Assembly (NCBI GenBank): GCA_963767925.1
Contig: CAVYGB010000008.1
Span: 2,336,001 to 2,400,000, forward strand
Length of the DNA stretch: 64,000 nucleotides
DNA from: an uncultured delta proteobacterium
GTDB lineage: Bacteria > Myxococcota_A > Polyangia > Fen-1088
Reading direction: 5' to 3'
Part shown: piece by piece, positions 29,653 to 41,333 of the stretch
How positions within the stretch are numbered: position 1 is the first letter of the stretch
Layout: each line of letters starts with the position of its first letter
Made by a program: the position numbers and the translations under genes
Notes under the pieces: generated by a model
What the model was told of the DNA's origin: nothing
What the model saw: only the letters and a program-made list of their open reading frames with translations
Database searches by the model: none

Positions 29653-32600
29653 TCACACGTATAAAAGCACGGCTCGGGCCGGGCGCGCGGTGGCCTCGGA
29701 GATCGCCCGGGCGTACAGGCGCGCTTGCTCCTCGTAGGTCGAGTTGTCCCGGGCCACGCCGAGGTCGGTCTTGAAATCGACGATGGTCCAGGTGTCCCCG
29801 CGGGCGTCCCCCGACTCCTCGGTGAAGGCGAGGTCGACGACGCCGTCGAGGACGGTGCCGTCGGGCAGGCGCAGGGACAGCGGCAGCTCGCGGCGGCAGC
29901 GACCGGCGGCCTGGGCGACGGCGGCCCGGCGCAGGAGGGGGTGGCGGAGAGCCTCGGCCACCGTGAGCCCGGCCGCCTCCACCTCGGGCGGGCTGCACCC
30001 CAGGTAACGTCCCTGGACGGTCGCCGCGGCCTGGATGACCAGGGCGCTAGCGTCGAGCGGGATCTCGGCGAGCACGGCGTGCACGAGGGTGCCGAACCGG
30101 CGGCCATGAGGGCGGGCGGTGCGGCCGGCGGGCACCCGCTCGACGAGGACCGGGTCGGGCGAGGGTTCGTTCGACTGGTCGCGGGTGTGCTCGGTGACGG
30201 TGCGGGCGACGAGGGTGGGGACGGCGCCCCGCCGGCCGACGTCCCGCCGGCGCTGCTGCCACTCGGCGTGGGCCCGGATGCTGGCGTCGCTGTTGCCACC
30301 GGCGGCGTCGTCCTTGAGGATCTCCTGCTGGCGCAGTCCCACCTGGTCCTCCTTGCCGAGGTCGAGGACGTTGGGGTCCCACCACACCACCTTGTGCCCG
30401 CCCAGCTCGGGCCCGTGCTGGCCAGGCGCCACCGCCTCGTGCAAGGCGCGAGGTCCCCGGGCGGGGCGGGCCACCAGGCTGTCGGAGCCGAAGGCCGGGC
30501 AGAGCGGCGCCGGCTGGCCCTGGCGCTGCCGGTCGCGCGGCGGGTAGAGGGCGGGGTGCAGGACGTCGACCCAGCCGGGCAGGCGCTGGTCGCCCACCAC
30601 GGGCACCACGAGGAGATCGCGCGCCCGGGTGGCCGCGACGTAGGTGAGGCGGACCGACTCGGCCGCGTCGCGCTCGAGCACCTCGGCCTCCCGCTCGCGC
30701 AGCTCGGTCGGGATGCAGCCGGCCAGGGGGACCAGGCACTGGCCCCGCTCGGCCTCGATGTGACGGGTGGGTCGGCCGGTGTGGGAGACGGTTGGATCGG
30801 CGAGGACCACAACCGGGAACTCCAGGCCCTTGGCCTTGTGCACGGTCATGATGCGCACCCCCTCCGACCCGTCCTCGAGCACCGGGGCGTCGGCGGCCTC
30901 GTTGCGCTCGGCCTGGTCGCGCAGGCGCTCGACGAAGCCCCGGAACGAGCTGGCCCCGGCGGCCTCGAAGCGCCGGGCCAGCTCCACCACCCGCAGGACA
31001 TTGGCCAGGGCCTGCTCGCCGTTGGGCCAGATGGCGATGCCGGCGTGGGCCCGGGTGGCCTCCAGCAGCTGCAGGATGGTGTCGGCGATGGGGACCCGGT
31101 TGCGACCGCGGTGCAGCCGGGCCAGCAGGGTCAGGGCGCTGGCCACCTCGCTCGTCTCGGGGCGATCGCGGGCCTCGGCCAGCACCGGCGTGAAGGGGTG
31201 CAAGCCGCCCAGGGTGTGCCGCCAGACCAGGAGCTGGGCGTCCGAGAGGCAGAACAGCGGCCCCCGCAAGGTGGCGTAGATCGAGAACTCGTCCTCCGGC
31301 CACTCGAGGGCGCAGAGGGCGTTGCGCATGGCCTCCACCTCCTCGCGCTCGCCGTAGCCCCGCCCCCCCACGAGGACGTGGGGCAGGCGCCGGGCCTCGA
31401 GCGCCCGCACCACATGGCGGGTGGTGTCGGCCCCGAAGCTCTGCAGGCGGCGAAACAGCAGACAGACGTGCCGGGCCTCGACCGGCACGAGGCCGGCCTG
31501 CGCGTCGAGCACCTTCCAGCCGCTCTGCCCGACCAGCCACTCGATGAAGGCGGCGATGGCGTCGGCGCCCGACCGTTCGATCTCCGTGTTGCTGGCCAGG
31601 TCGCCCCACTCGTTCTTGTAGGGCGCGGGGACCGGCAGGGCCACCAGGGCGGGCTGCTGGGCGATGGGCGGACGGACGGCGTCCAGCGGGGCGTAGTCGG
31701 CCTGGATGCGCCCCGGCCCCCCGCGCATCGCCGCGGCGAAGGCGCCGTTGACCGCCTCGGTGAGCGGGGGGACGCTGCGGAAGTTGGCCGAGAGATGGAC
31801 CACCTCGGCCCCGGCGGCGCACAGGCGATCGACGATGCCCTGGTACAGGGCGAGATCGGCGTGGCGGAAGCGGTAGATCGACTGCTTGGGGTCGCCCACG
31901 ACGAACAACTTGCCGGGCGCGGGCCGGACCCGGGTCCAGTCGCGCTCGTCGGGATCGCCGGCCGCCAGCAGGAGGAGGATCTCCGCCTGGAGGGGATCGG
32001 TGTCCTGGAACTCGTCGATGAGGACGTGGGAAAAGCGGGTCTGCAGCTCGCGGCGGACGGCGGGCGCGTCGCGGATGAGGTCGCGGGCCCGCAGCAGCAG
32101 GTCGACGAAGTCGAGCTTGCCCGCCGCCACCTTGGCCGCCTCGTACTCCGCCACCAGGGGCCGCAGATCCTCGCGCAGGCAGGCGGCCAGATCGGCGTCG
32201 CACAGGGCGACCGCCCGGTCGAGCTCGGCCTTGATCCCGTCGCGCAGGGCGATGGCCTCGGACCGGGCGAGGTGGGCCCCGAAGGGTTCGGCCCGCGGGC
32301 GCCCCCGGTAGGTCCAGGCCCGGGTCCGGTATTCGTTGGCCAGATCGCGCAACTCGGCCTCGAGCCCGTCGTGATCGCGCCCGCGCAGCCGCTCGCGCCG
32401 GTCCAGCTCCTCCTTCCAGCGGCCGAGGGTGGCGATGCCCTGGGCCAGCCAGTCGGCGGGCTCGACCGCCCGGGCGCTCAGCGCGACCAGCTCGTCCAGG
32501 CGGGCCACGGCGTCGTCGATGGCCGCCGACCGATCGAAGGGATCGCGCCGCCAGGGGGCCTCGAACCCGCGCAGCTCGACGAGCTTCCAGCCGGCCTCAC

Positions 32601-33127
32601 GCAGCAACGCCCGCGGGCCCTCGTGGTCCTTGCGCCGGAGCACCCGCCGCACCCCCTCGGGCGGATCGGCCAGGACCCGCTGGAACCAGCGCTCGAAGGC
32701 CTGGTCGTAAAGGCCGCTCTGCGCGTCCCCCGCGACGATCTCGAAGGAGGGATCGACGCACGCCTCGACCGGACGCTCGCGCAGGAGATCGCCGCAAAGC
32801 GCGTGGATGGTCCCGATGTGGGCCAGCTCCAGCTCGGCCAGGGCCCGGTCCAGGCGCGGGCGCCGGGGGTCGTCGGCGCCCAGCTCCGAGCGGGCCCGCT
32901 CGATCTCCGTGCGCAGGCGCAGCTTCATCTCTCCGGCCGCCTTGTCGGTGTAGGTCACCGCTACCAGGCCCTGCAAGGTGGCCTGCCCGCCCCGCACGAG
33001 GGCCACGATGCGGGAGACCAGGCCGGTGGTCTTGCCGGTCCCGGCCGCCGCCGTGACGATCAACGTGGCCGCCGAGATCCTCGCGGATGCGGGCGCGGGC
33101 GGGCTCGTCGGGCAGCGGGGTGCTCAT
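29653..33127 (-). CDS. UvrD-family helicase/nuclease, AddA-like (frameshift near 33070)
   Basis: AAAGTGKTT, GTIHA, IDEFQDTD, VGDPKQSIYRFR, MTVHKAKGLEF, YVAATRAR, and C-terminal PD-(D/E)XK motif GVVDL...IVDFKT. Confidence 0.9.
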
Positions 33128-36100
33128 GGCAGGTTGCGCAGGGCTTTGAGGGCGGTGAGATCCCCCCGGTCCTTCTTGCGGCCGGTCCGCTCCTCCTCCC
33201 AGGGGCCGCAGATCGGACGGTAGTCGCAGAAGCGACAGGCGTCTTTGCCCGGCGCCGCCGGCAGGAAGCCCCGGCCGAGGGCGTCGGAGAGGGCGGCGGC
33301 CACCTGGTTGGCGGAGGCGCGGGCCCGGCGATCGAGGGCCACCAGCACCTCCTTGAACTCGCCGGCGCTGGTGCCGTAGCTCAGGCGCCCACCCTCGATC
33401 GCCTTGTCGGGAAAGAGCTTCTCGAGGGCCAGGGCGTAAAAGACCGGCTGGAGCGACTCGCCGCCCCCGATCACCGAGCCCGGCCGCTGGCGGGACTTGC
33501 CGGTCTTGTGGTCGGTGGCGCGGAGCTGGCCGCCGGGGGACACCTCGACGAGGTCGATCGAGCCGCGCAGCTTGATCCCGCAGTCCAGGGCGATCGGGTC
33601 GGGGGTCGACGCGGGGTCGCGCCCGCGCGCCTCGGCCAGACCGAAGGCGAGCTCGAGGTTCAGGGGACTCCAGGGCTCCCGCTCGCTCTCCCGGCGCAGC
33701 GATTCGAGGAGGTCGGCGCGGATGGAGGCCACCCCGTCCTCCCAGACCCGATCGATGGCGGGGGCCAGCCGGTCCCGGTATTGCCCGGCCACCGCGACGA
33801 GGATGCGCTCGAGCGCCGCGCGCACCTCGGCCAGGTTGTCGGGGCGGATGGGGACCAACCCGTGCGCGCGCAGCTCGGTGAGCAGCTCGAAGAGGATCTC
33901 GTGCACGAGCGAGCCGCGATCGAGCGGGTCGATCTTCTCGATGGCCACCGGCTCCTCGCGGGGGGCCAGCTTGTGGAGCGCGTGGAGAACGAAGCGGTAG
34001 GGGCAGGCGGCGAAGCTCTGCATCGCCGTCGGGGAATACGAGCGGGCGGTCAGGGCGTGGGCGGCCAGCGCGGCCCGCGCCGCCTCGTCGGGCTTGACCA
34101 GTCCGTCGGCGTAGGACCAGCGGCCCGGGTCCCAGCGCATGGCCCGGTGGCGGAGGGCGCGGGCCAGGTGCTGGTTGGAGGTGATGAGGTAGCGGGCAGC
34201 CCCGGTGACGGCGGCGGCGTCCGGGCGGACCAGGCGGGCCAGCAGGGAGAGGTCGTGCTCGGCCTCGTCGATGGCGTCGGCGGCCTCCTCGGGGGCGGGC
34301 CAGCCCAGGCGGGTGGCGCCGCCGCGATCGGCGGTGCGGGCCAGCGCCTCGAAGCTGGGCAGCCGTCCCTCGACCGCGCGCAGGACCTCCAGGCCGTAGA
34401 AGGAGGGGACCCGCGGGCGAGCCTGCTCGGCGTCGACCCGGGAGTACGACAGGACCACCCGCCGCCGGGCGCTGCCCACGGCGATCCGAGCGCCAGGCGC
34501 TCGGCCTCGATGCGATCGACGACGGTGGCGAGGTGGCCCCCGAGGGCGGCCCGGGCCTCGTCGCGCAGCAGGGGGTCCTGGTTGACCCGCTGCGGGAACA
34601 TCCGCTCGGCCAGCCCGGGCACGAACACCAGGTCGAACACCAGCCCGCGGGCGGTGGCCACCGGGCCGACGAAGACCCGGCCGGCGCTGCGGCTCGAGGG
34701 GGCCAGCGTGAGGTTGGCCAGGCGGCGGGCCAGCACCACCCGCACCTCGCGCAGCCCGACCGGACCCACCGGCGCCATGGGGTGGAGCTCGGCCAGGACG
34801 GCGAGCACCCGGTCGGGCCGCCGCAGGGTGCGGGTGGCCAGCCCGGCCAGGCGATCCAGCCAGCCGCCCCAGGTGGCGCTGCCGGGCAGCGCCTCGAGAT
34901 CGGCGAGGATCGGCAGGGCGAAGGCGCGCAGGGTCTCGAGCTGGACCAGGTCGCGCTTGATCCCCTCGCCGCGCGGCTCGTCCACCTCGACCTCCGCCAG
35001 CCGCAAGATGAGCTCCTCGCGCCAGCCGGCGAGGCGGCGCTCCCAGCGGGCCCGCCCGCCGATCACCGCGGCGTCGACCAGGATCTGCTCCCAGCGGTGG
35101 GGGGCCCGCAGGGTCCCCGCCACGACCGCGCCGGAGAGGGTAGGCGGCGAGGCGTCGCTCTCCGGAGGCTCCTCCGGGAGCGCCTCGGCCTCGGCGGCGA
35201 GCGCGGCGGGCAGCAGCTCCTCGTCGGGGGGGACCCAGCGGTCGGTGGCCGGCGCGGCCCGCGGCGGCTGGTTCTCGGCGGTGGCGTCGGGCGACTCGCC
35301 GAGGGAGAGGTACTCGGCGAAGCGGCGGGCGGACAGGCCTTCCTCGAGACAGGCGAGCAGGGCCAGGAAGGCCCGCCCGGCCGGGTCGGGCTGCACCGCC
35401 CCGCTCGAGAAGTGAACCGGGATGCGGGCCCGGCGGAGCGCCTCCTGGAGGTGGGCCCGGTACTGCGCGGGTCCTCGCAGCAGCACCGCCATGCGATCGA
35501 AGGGGACGCCCGCCTCGGCCTCCCGGATGATCCGGCGCGCGATCTCCACACACTCGCGGCTCTCGCCGGGCGCCGACATGAACACGACCTCGTCCCGCCG
35601 GTCCGACAGGGCGTTGGTCCCCTCGGAGAACAGGGAGGCCTGCAGCCGCCCGAGCGCGCCCGCAGGTGGGTCCGCGTTCTGGCTCATCCGCGCCTCTGGC
35701 AGGAGGGCGCGCAGGCGGTCGAGCGTGCGCCCGTCGCCGGCCGGGACGGTGGCCAGCGTGTCGGGCGCGGCGCGGGCGAGCTGCTCGACGAGGCGGGCCT
35801 CGAGGGTGGTCCAGACCGGCACGTCGAGCAGCAGCAGGGCGGGCGCGGGCTGCCGGGTGGTGTCGCGGCGGGCGCAGGCTTCGGCCGCCGCGGTCAGGAG
35901 AGCGGCCCGATCCGCGAGCCGCTCCTCCCCGAGGAGGCCGGCCAGCTCGCCGAGGATCCGGGCCAGCTCGGGCGACTCGGCGGCGATCGCCTCTGCGTCC
36001 AGGCCGGCCAGGCGCACCTCCGTGAGCGTGCGCGCCACCGCCGCCGCCAGCCCCGGGCGGTCGGCGATCGCCTCGAGCCGCCCCAGGCCACCCGCCGCGC

Positions 36101-36398
36101 GCAGGCGATGAATGGCCCGGACGCTGAGCGCCTCGAGGATGGCCGCGCCCGCCGCCGCCCGCTGGGTCTCGACCAGCCGGGGGGTGGCGAGGGCGACGGC
36201 CAGGCCACCCAGGGTCGTCGGGCGCCAGCCGAACGAGGCGCCGCAGGCCACGGTCACCTGCCGGACCAGCGTGCGCGCGGCCAGCGCCGTCGCCCCCACC
36301 ACGAGCGTCTCGCGCGCCTTGCCCCCGGCCGCGAGCCAGGCCGAGGCCGCGGCGATCCGCTCCTCACCGCGGGGCGAGGCGACGATGGTGGCGAGCAC
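33124..36398 (-). CDS. AddB-like PD-(D/E)XK nuclease partner (frameshift near 34490)
   Basis: SAPGESRECVEIAR, ARGLVFDLVFVPGLAE, SPTAMQSFAACPYRF, RGSIDLVE...DHKTG, and Fe-S motif CRFCDYRPIC; ATGA-coupled to the addA-like gene. Confidence 0.85.
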
Positions 36399-36410
36399 CC
36401 GGCACTTCCC

Positions 36411-36743
36411 TCATGGGATGGCGAGGACCGCCAGGGTCTGCCCGCGGTCGAACACCCGCCGCACGTCGACCGCCAGGACGTGCTCGCCGGAGGGCCAGGC
36501 CGCGCCGGCCGGGGCGAGGACGATCGCCGCCACGTAGATCCCTTCGCCCCGCGGCGACACCTCCGCGACGGCCACCTGCAAGGCGGCCAGCTCGGCCCCG
36601 GGAGGCGGAGCCAGCGCGCGCACCGAGAGGTCCCCGGCCCGCAGATCGGTGATGGCCTTGCCGGCGTCGTCGGCGACCGAGACGAAGACGGCCGCCGCCC
36701 GACCGGCGCGGGCCGCCCGCGCCTCGACGTTCATCCTCGCCAC
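36411..36743 (-). CDS. Small hypothetical protein
   Basis: Intact ORF between the DEAD helicase and the addB-like gene, same strand, high GC3. Confidence 0.55.
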   Translation of the reverse strand: MARMNVEARAARAGRAAAVFVSVADDAGKAITDLRAGDLSVRALAPPPGAELAALQVAVAEVSPRGEGIYVAAIVLAPAGAAWPSGEHVLAVDVRRVFDRGQTLAVLAIP

Positions 36744-36831
36744 AGTTCGCTCCGGGAGAAATCAGGGGCGGTCATGGATCCGAGGATGCCACGGCGGACC
36801 GCGGCCGGCACCCTCGGGGCCGCGCGGGCGA

Positions 36832-38610
36832 TCAGCGCAGCGCCGGCGCCGGCCGGGGGCGGGAAGGGGCCCCCCGGGGTGGGCCCGACGCGGGCGGAGC
36901 GTGGACCGGCTCGATGCTCACCTGAGGTGCGCGGGGATCGGGCTGCGCGGCGGCCCGCGCGAAGGCGGGCGCCGCCTCGGCCGCGATCTCGAAGGTGGAG
37001 GAGCGCGGGCCGACCCGGATCGCACCCACCACCTGGCGGGTGACGCCGCCGCGGCGGCAGATCAGGGGCAACAACCAGCCCGGCTCGGCCTTGGCCTCGG
37101 TGCCGAGGTTCACCCGGAAGATGACCGGACCGGACAAGGAGGGGCGACCGCCCCGGGCGGGCGGGCTGCCCCCGTGCAGGCGGGCGGGCTCGCGGGGGCG
37201 GGCCGGACCGGACCCCGCTTCCCGCCTGGCCAGGTCGACCGGGATGAGCGGCAAGGCGCGGGGCAGGCGGTTCATCTCCCGCTCGAGCAGCAGCGCGATC
37301 AGCACGCGCTCGGGCACCGAGGCGCGCAGGCGATCCTCCAGACTGCCGGCCACCTCCTTGCGACCGGGGAGATCGGCAGCGGGCGGAGCGCCCTCCGCCT
37401 GGGCCTCCGTGACCGGGCGGGCCTCCTCGAGCAAGGTGGCCAGAAAGCGGTCCTCCAGCTTGCGGCGAACCTGCTCGGGCGAGGGCGCCGGGGTCCAGGG
37501 CGCCTTCAGGCGGGCGGAGGCCAGCAGGCGCTCGGCCTTGGCCCGCTCGCGCAGGTCGGCGATGAGGACGCTGACCCCCTTCTTGCCGGCGCGGCCGGTG
37601 CGCCCGCTCCGGTGAGTCAGGGCATCCGCGTTCTCCGGGAGGTCGGCGTGGACGATCAGATCCACATCGGGCAGATCGAGCCCGCGGGCGGCGACGTTGG
37701 TGGCCACCAGCACCTGGGCGTTGCCCGAGCGGAGGGTCTCGAGCGCGCGGTTGCGCTCGCCCTGCGCGCGGTCACCGGAGATCGCGGTGGCCCGCAGGCC
37801 GTGCAGGACCAGCCCCTCGTGCAGGTCAGCCACGCCCTCGCGAGTCCGGCAAAACACGATGGCCCGGCTGTCCCCCGCCCCCAGCAGGACGTTGACCACC
37901 GCCGCCCGCCGGTCCTGCGGCCGCACCAGGTGGGCCACGTAGCGGATGTCGGCGTGCGCCGCCCCCTCGCCGCCCACCCGGGCATCAACCCGGACGGCCT
38001 CGCGCTGGTAGGTCGCCGCCAGCTTGGCGATCTCCCGGGGCAACGTCGCGGAGAAGAGCAACGTGCGGCGCGCGGGCGGGCTGGCGGCCAGGACGTACTC
38101 CAGGTCCTCCTTGAAGCCCATGTCGAGCATCTCGTCCGCCTCGTCGAGCACCATCACCTCGATCGCCGACAGGTCGAGGGCGCCCTGCTTGTGCAGGTCG
38201 ACCAGCCGCCCGGGTGTGCCGACCGCCAGGTCGACCCCGCGCCGCAGGCGGCTGATGTCGCCGCCGACCGGCGTGCCCCCGGTGAAGGTGGCGAGGCGGG
38301 AGTGGGTCCCGGTAAACAGCCACTGCAGCTCGCGCTGCACCTGCGCCGCCAGTTCGCGGGTCGGAGCCACGACGAGGGCGCGCGGCAGCTTGCTCTCGGG
38401 CCCGTCGCCGCGCGGCGCCAGGCTCTGGGCGATGAGCGTGCCGAAGGCGACGGTCTTGCCGGATCCGGTCTGGGAGGACACCAGCAGGTCGCGCCCGGCC
38501 AGCGCAGGATCGAGGACCGCCGCCTGCACGGGGGTGGCGGTCTCGTAGCCGCGCGCGGCCAGGGCGGAGGCGAGCGCGGAATGAACGGGGAGGTCGGCGT
38601 AAAGAGGCAA
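36832..38610 (-). CDS. DEAD-box RNA helicase with DbpA RNA-binding domain
   Basis: QTGSGKT, PTRELA, TPGR, DEADEM, SAT, ARGLD, HRSGRTGRAG, and C-terminal LICRRGGVTR. Confidence 0.95.
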   Translation of the reverse strand: MPLYADLPVHSALASALAARGYETATPVQAAVLDPALAGRDLLVSSQTGSGKTVAFGTLIAQSLAPRGDGPESKLPRALVVAPTRELAAQVQRELQWLFTGTHSRLATFTGGTPVGGDISRLRRGVDLAVGTPGRLVDLHKQGALDLSAIEVMVLDEADEMLDMGFKEDLEYVLAASPPARRTLLFSATLPREIAKLAATYQREAVRVDARVGGEGAAHADIRYVAHLVRPQDRRAAVVNVLLGAGDSRAIVFCRTREGVADLHEGLVLHGLRATAISGDRAQGERNRALETLRSGNAQVLVATNVAARGLDLPDVDLIVHADLPENADALTHRSGRTGRAGKKGVSVLIADLRERAKAERLLASARLKAPWTPAPSPEQVRRKLEDRFLATLLEEARPVTEAQAEGAPPAADLPGRKEVAGSLEDRLRASVPERVLIALLLEREMNRLPRALPLIPVDLARREAGSGPARPREPARLHGGSPPARGGRPSLSGPVIFRVNLGTEAKAEPGWLLPLICRRGGVTRQVVGAIRVGPRSSTFEIAAEAAPAFARAAAQPDPRAPQVSIEPVHAPPASGPPRGAPSRPRPAPALR

Positions 38611-38750
38611 GCCGGCGATAGTAGCAGCCGATTGCCAGGATGGCCGGGGAGTTGGCGCCCAAAAACGCGCGCCGGGCGCGGGGATGGGCCATCCCGTCTT
38701 GCGTCACGCCGACAGCGGCGGCCGGGCGAGGTGGCACGAGCGCGGGCGGT

Positions 38751-39254
38751 TCACACCGGGGGCAGCAACTCGACCCGATCGCCGGGACGGATCGCGCCCG
38801 GGGTGAGCACCCGCGCGTAGGTCCGGCTGCAGCCCGGGTGGCGCTTCTGGTCGAGCGGGCTGAAGTCGCCGTCGCGGAAACAACCGCGGATGGTCTTGCA
38901 GGGCGCCGCGTAGCTGGTGATGGCGAGGACCACCTCGCCGCCGAGGCGCAGCCGCGCGCCGGGAACGACCCGCCCCCAGTCGAGGCCCCGGACCGTGACG
39001 TTCTCCCCCGCGGCGCCGGGGGCGATGGGGTGCCCCTGCGCTACGAGGGCCTCGACCTGCTCGACGGCAAACAGACAGACCGCCCGCTCGGGGCCGCCGT
39101 GAAACCGCGGGTGCCGCTGCCGATCTCCGTCGAGCCCCAGCGTCCCCACGGTGGCCACCGGCACCGGGAGCTTCGGCACCCCGCCCTGCGAGACGCTCAC
39201 CTGGACGATCGTCCCGACCCGCCCGTCCGGGCCCGGCGATGCCGGCCGGCTCAG
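38751..39254 (-). CDS. MOSC domain protein (start uncertain)
   Basis: GGVPKLPV, GLDGD, HGGPERAVCL, GAAGEN, PCKTI, YARVL.PG.IRPGD. Confidence 0.85.
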   Translation of the reverse strand: MSRPASPGPDGRVGTIVQVSVSQGGVPKLPVPVATVGTLGLDGDRQRHPRFHGGPERAVCLFAVEQVEALVAQGHPIAPGAAGENVTVRGLDWGRVVPGARLRLGGEVVLAITSYAAPCKTIRGCFRDGDFSPLDQKRHPGCSRTYARVLTPGAIRPGDRVELLPPV

Positions 39255-39859
39255 CGCAGCCTCGCGCTCTCCGCAGCGAGCGCCGCCGGCCAGGCCGGCA
39301 AGGCTCGCGCCTCGGCGGTGGTCAGCGGCGCCGCCGGGGCAGACGGCCGGGACTGCAGCGTGAGCTGCCACCAGCCCACGTCGTGCCAGGCACCCAGCTT
39401 CCAGCCGACCGCCGGGTAGACGCCGATCGAACGGAAGCCCAGCGCCTCGTGCAGGCCGACGCTGCCCGGGTTCGGCAAGGTGATCCCGGCGTGGGCCGCG
39501 AAGAAACCTTGCAGGCGCAGCAGGGAGAACAGCGCCTGGTAAAGAGCGCGCCCCAGGCCGCGGCGCTGGTGCCCGGCTCCGACGTAGACCGCGACGTCCA
39601 CCGACCACTGGTAGGCGGCACGATCCCGGTGCCGGGAGGCGTAGGCATACCCCAGCACGGGGCCGCCGCTTGCGCTGTCCCCTTCGACCGCGACGAGCCA
39701 CGGCGCAAATCCGATCAGCGCTCCGATCCGCCGCGCCATCTCGCCCGCGTCCGGCGCCTCGAGCTCGAAGGACGTGGCCGCGTCGCGCACGTGGGGCCGG
39801 TAGACGGCGGCCACCTGCGCGCCGTCGGCCGGGTCCGCCATGCGGAGGGTGATCGCCAT
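39251..39859 (-). CDS. Phosphinothricin/ArsN1-like GNAT N-acetyltransferase
   Basis: TSFELEAP, GYAYASRHRDRAAYQWSV, RRGLGRALY, PNPGSVGLHEALGF, GWKLGAWHDVGWWQ. Confidence 0.88.
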   Translation of the reverse strand: MAITLRMADPADGAQVAAVYRPHVRDAATSFELEAPDAGEMARRIGALIGFAPWLVAVEGDSASGGPVLGYAYASRHRDRAAYQWSVDVAVYVGAGHQRRGLGRALYQALFSLLRLQGFFAAHAGITLPNPGSVGLHEALGFRSIGVYPAVGWKLGAWHDVGWWQLTLQSRPSAPAAPLTTAEARALPAWPAALAAESARLR

Positions 39860-40012
39860 GGACCTTCCTGGCCCGAGGCTATCGCCGGCGGACCCGGGAT
39901 TCAACCGCGGGCGATGGTCGAGGCCCGATGGGGCCCGCCGGGTGGCTGGGCCGGGGTGATCCTGCGCACCGCCGGTGCGCCCGGCGGGTCGGCGCTGGTC
40001 ACCGCATGCCGA

Positions 40013-40213
40013 TCACTTCTTCTTGGCCGACCCGTTTCCGCCGTCTTCCGGCTTGTGCTGGAGACAGGGAGAACAGTTCACCTCGGTCCAGTTCATGGAG
40101 CGCTTCTCCTGCCACTGCTGCTCCCGCTTCTTGTGGGCTCGCCTCCAGGGAACGAAGAACGAATGGATGATCTTGGGGTCGATCGACTTCGCGCTTTTGT
40201 CCGACGGCTGCAT
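40013..40213 (-). CDS. Small orphan ORF
   Basis: ATG at 40213 preceded by GAGGG; 66 aa with plausible codon usage; no family recognised. Confidence 0.3.
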   Translation of the reverse strand: MQPSDKSAKSIDPKIIHSFFVPWRRAHKKREQQWQEKRSMNWTEVNCSPCLQHKPEDGGNGSAKKK

Positions 40214-40518
40214 GCCCTCAACATCGGCGGCTATCGATTCCTCCTCGACGACGTACCCCGGCGCCTGCGCTGCGGTTTGCGGCAACCCGAGGTTCCCCGA
40301 CGTCTTTCGGAGGTGGCCAGCGCGTTAGCCGCAGCGGTTCGTTCGGCGCTCGTCAGGCGAATCGCGGAGGGAACTTCTGATCGGCGGGACCGGCCGGCGC
40401 GAGGCCGTCGCTGGCCGCGGGGGCGAGCAACTTGGCGGGCCCGGCCATCGTCCACCGGACGCCGAAAGAACAGAGTGGGGACGTCGAAACCAGCCGCTAG
40501 CCAGACCGTCAACCCGCC

Positions 40519-40840
40519 CTGGCCGCCCTCTTCGACGCCACCAACCTGTTCCTCGGCACCCCGATCGGCGAATTCGTCGGGGAGATCGCCACCGCCACCT
40601 GGTTCTTCGCCGTCGCCATCGCCTGGCGCCGGGCCGGCCGCCGCGTCCTGGGCACCGCCGGCCACGCCGCCGCCACCATCGTCGCCATCGCCGCCCTCCG
40701 CAACATCACCCCCGCCGTCAGCCCCATCTCCGAATGAACAACCTCACCCTCCCCCTCTGGATGATCACCATGGGCATCGCCTTCGTGCGGGACCGGCAGC
40801 CAGGGCGCTGGACCGGAAGTCCGGGCAAGTCCCCCTGACA
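40519..40840 (+). pseudogene. C-terminal fragment of a DUF4386-like membrane protein
   Basis: LAALFDATNLFLGTPIGEFVGEIA...LRNITPAVSPISE* then, in another frame, NNLTLPLWMITMGIAF. There is no 5' part. Confidence 0.5.
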
Positions 40841-40871
40841 ATGGGGTTCCGGGGCGCTATTACGAACGCCC

Positions 40872-41060
40872 ATGAACCCGAAAGAACGCCAGAGCCTGTT
40901 GACCCTGCTCGCGACCCACCTCCGCACCACCGACAACCCCGACGACACGGAGCTCGCCGACCGGATCGGAAAGAACGCCCTGACGGAAGAGGACTACGAA
41001 ACCCTCCAGGGCGTCTGCGAGATGGCCCTCGAGGACCACAAGCTCGCCAACGAAGCCTGA
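40872..41060 (+). CDS. Small acidic hypothetical protein
   Basis: 62-aa ORF with high GC3, followed by a terminator. Confidence 0.6.
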   Translation: MNPKERQSLLTLLATHLRTTDNPDDTELADRIGKNALTEEDYETLQGVCEMALEDHKLANEA

Positions 41061-41080
41061 TCCCAGGCGCCCCCCCCACC

Positions 41081-41112
41081 AGGGCCGGTCACCGATCGGC
41101 CCTTTTCGTTTC
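41081..41112 (+). terminator. Intrinsic terminator
   Basis: AGGGCCGGTC-ACC-GATCGGCCCT followed by TTTCGTTTC. Confidence 0.65.
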
Positions 41113-41333
41113 ACACGCCTCTCGGTCGACGCGTAGGGAAGCGTCCTGCGTCAAGCCCGGCGGTCGGGAGCTCTTCCCCGGCCGGAGCTGGTGCCCGTAC
41201 GCCCCTCGCCCGTCGTGAGGTCGACGACCGACAACCGTCCAGGACGTCAGCCCCGAGCGCGCCGGTGGCCGCCCCGAGCCGCGAGCCCCGGCGGCCTGGA
41301 AAAGCTCGGGGAGGCGTGGTTGACTGGGCCACC

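Noticed and set aside
33124..34050. Cas4-like PD-(D/E)XK nuclease with Fe-S cysteines
   Set aside because: It is the C-terminus of an AddB-like protein coupled to an AddA-like helicase; there are no cas genes or array in the window.
29725..35415. 1896-aa + strand ORF and other very long antisense ORFs
   Set aside because: These are shadow ORFs opposite well-supported genes in high-GC DNA, with no recognisable motifs.
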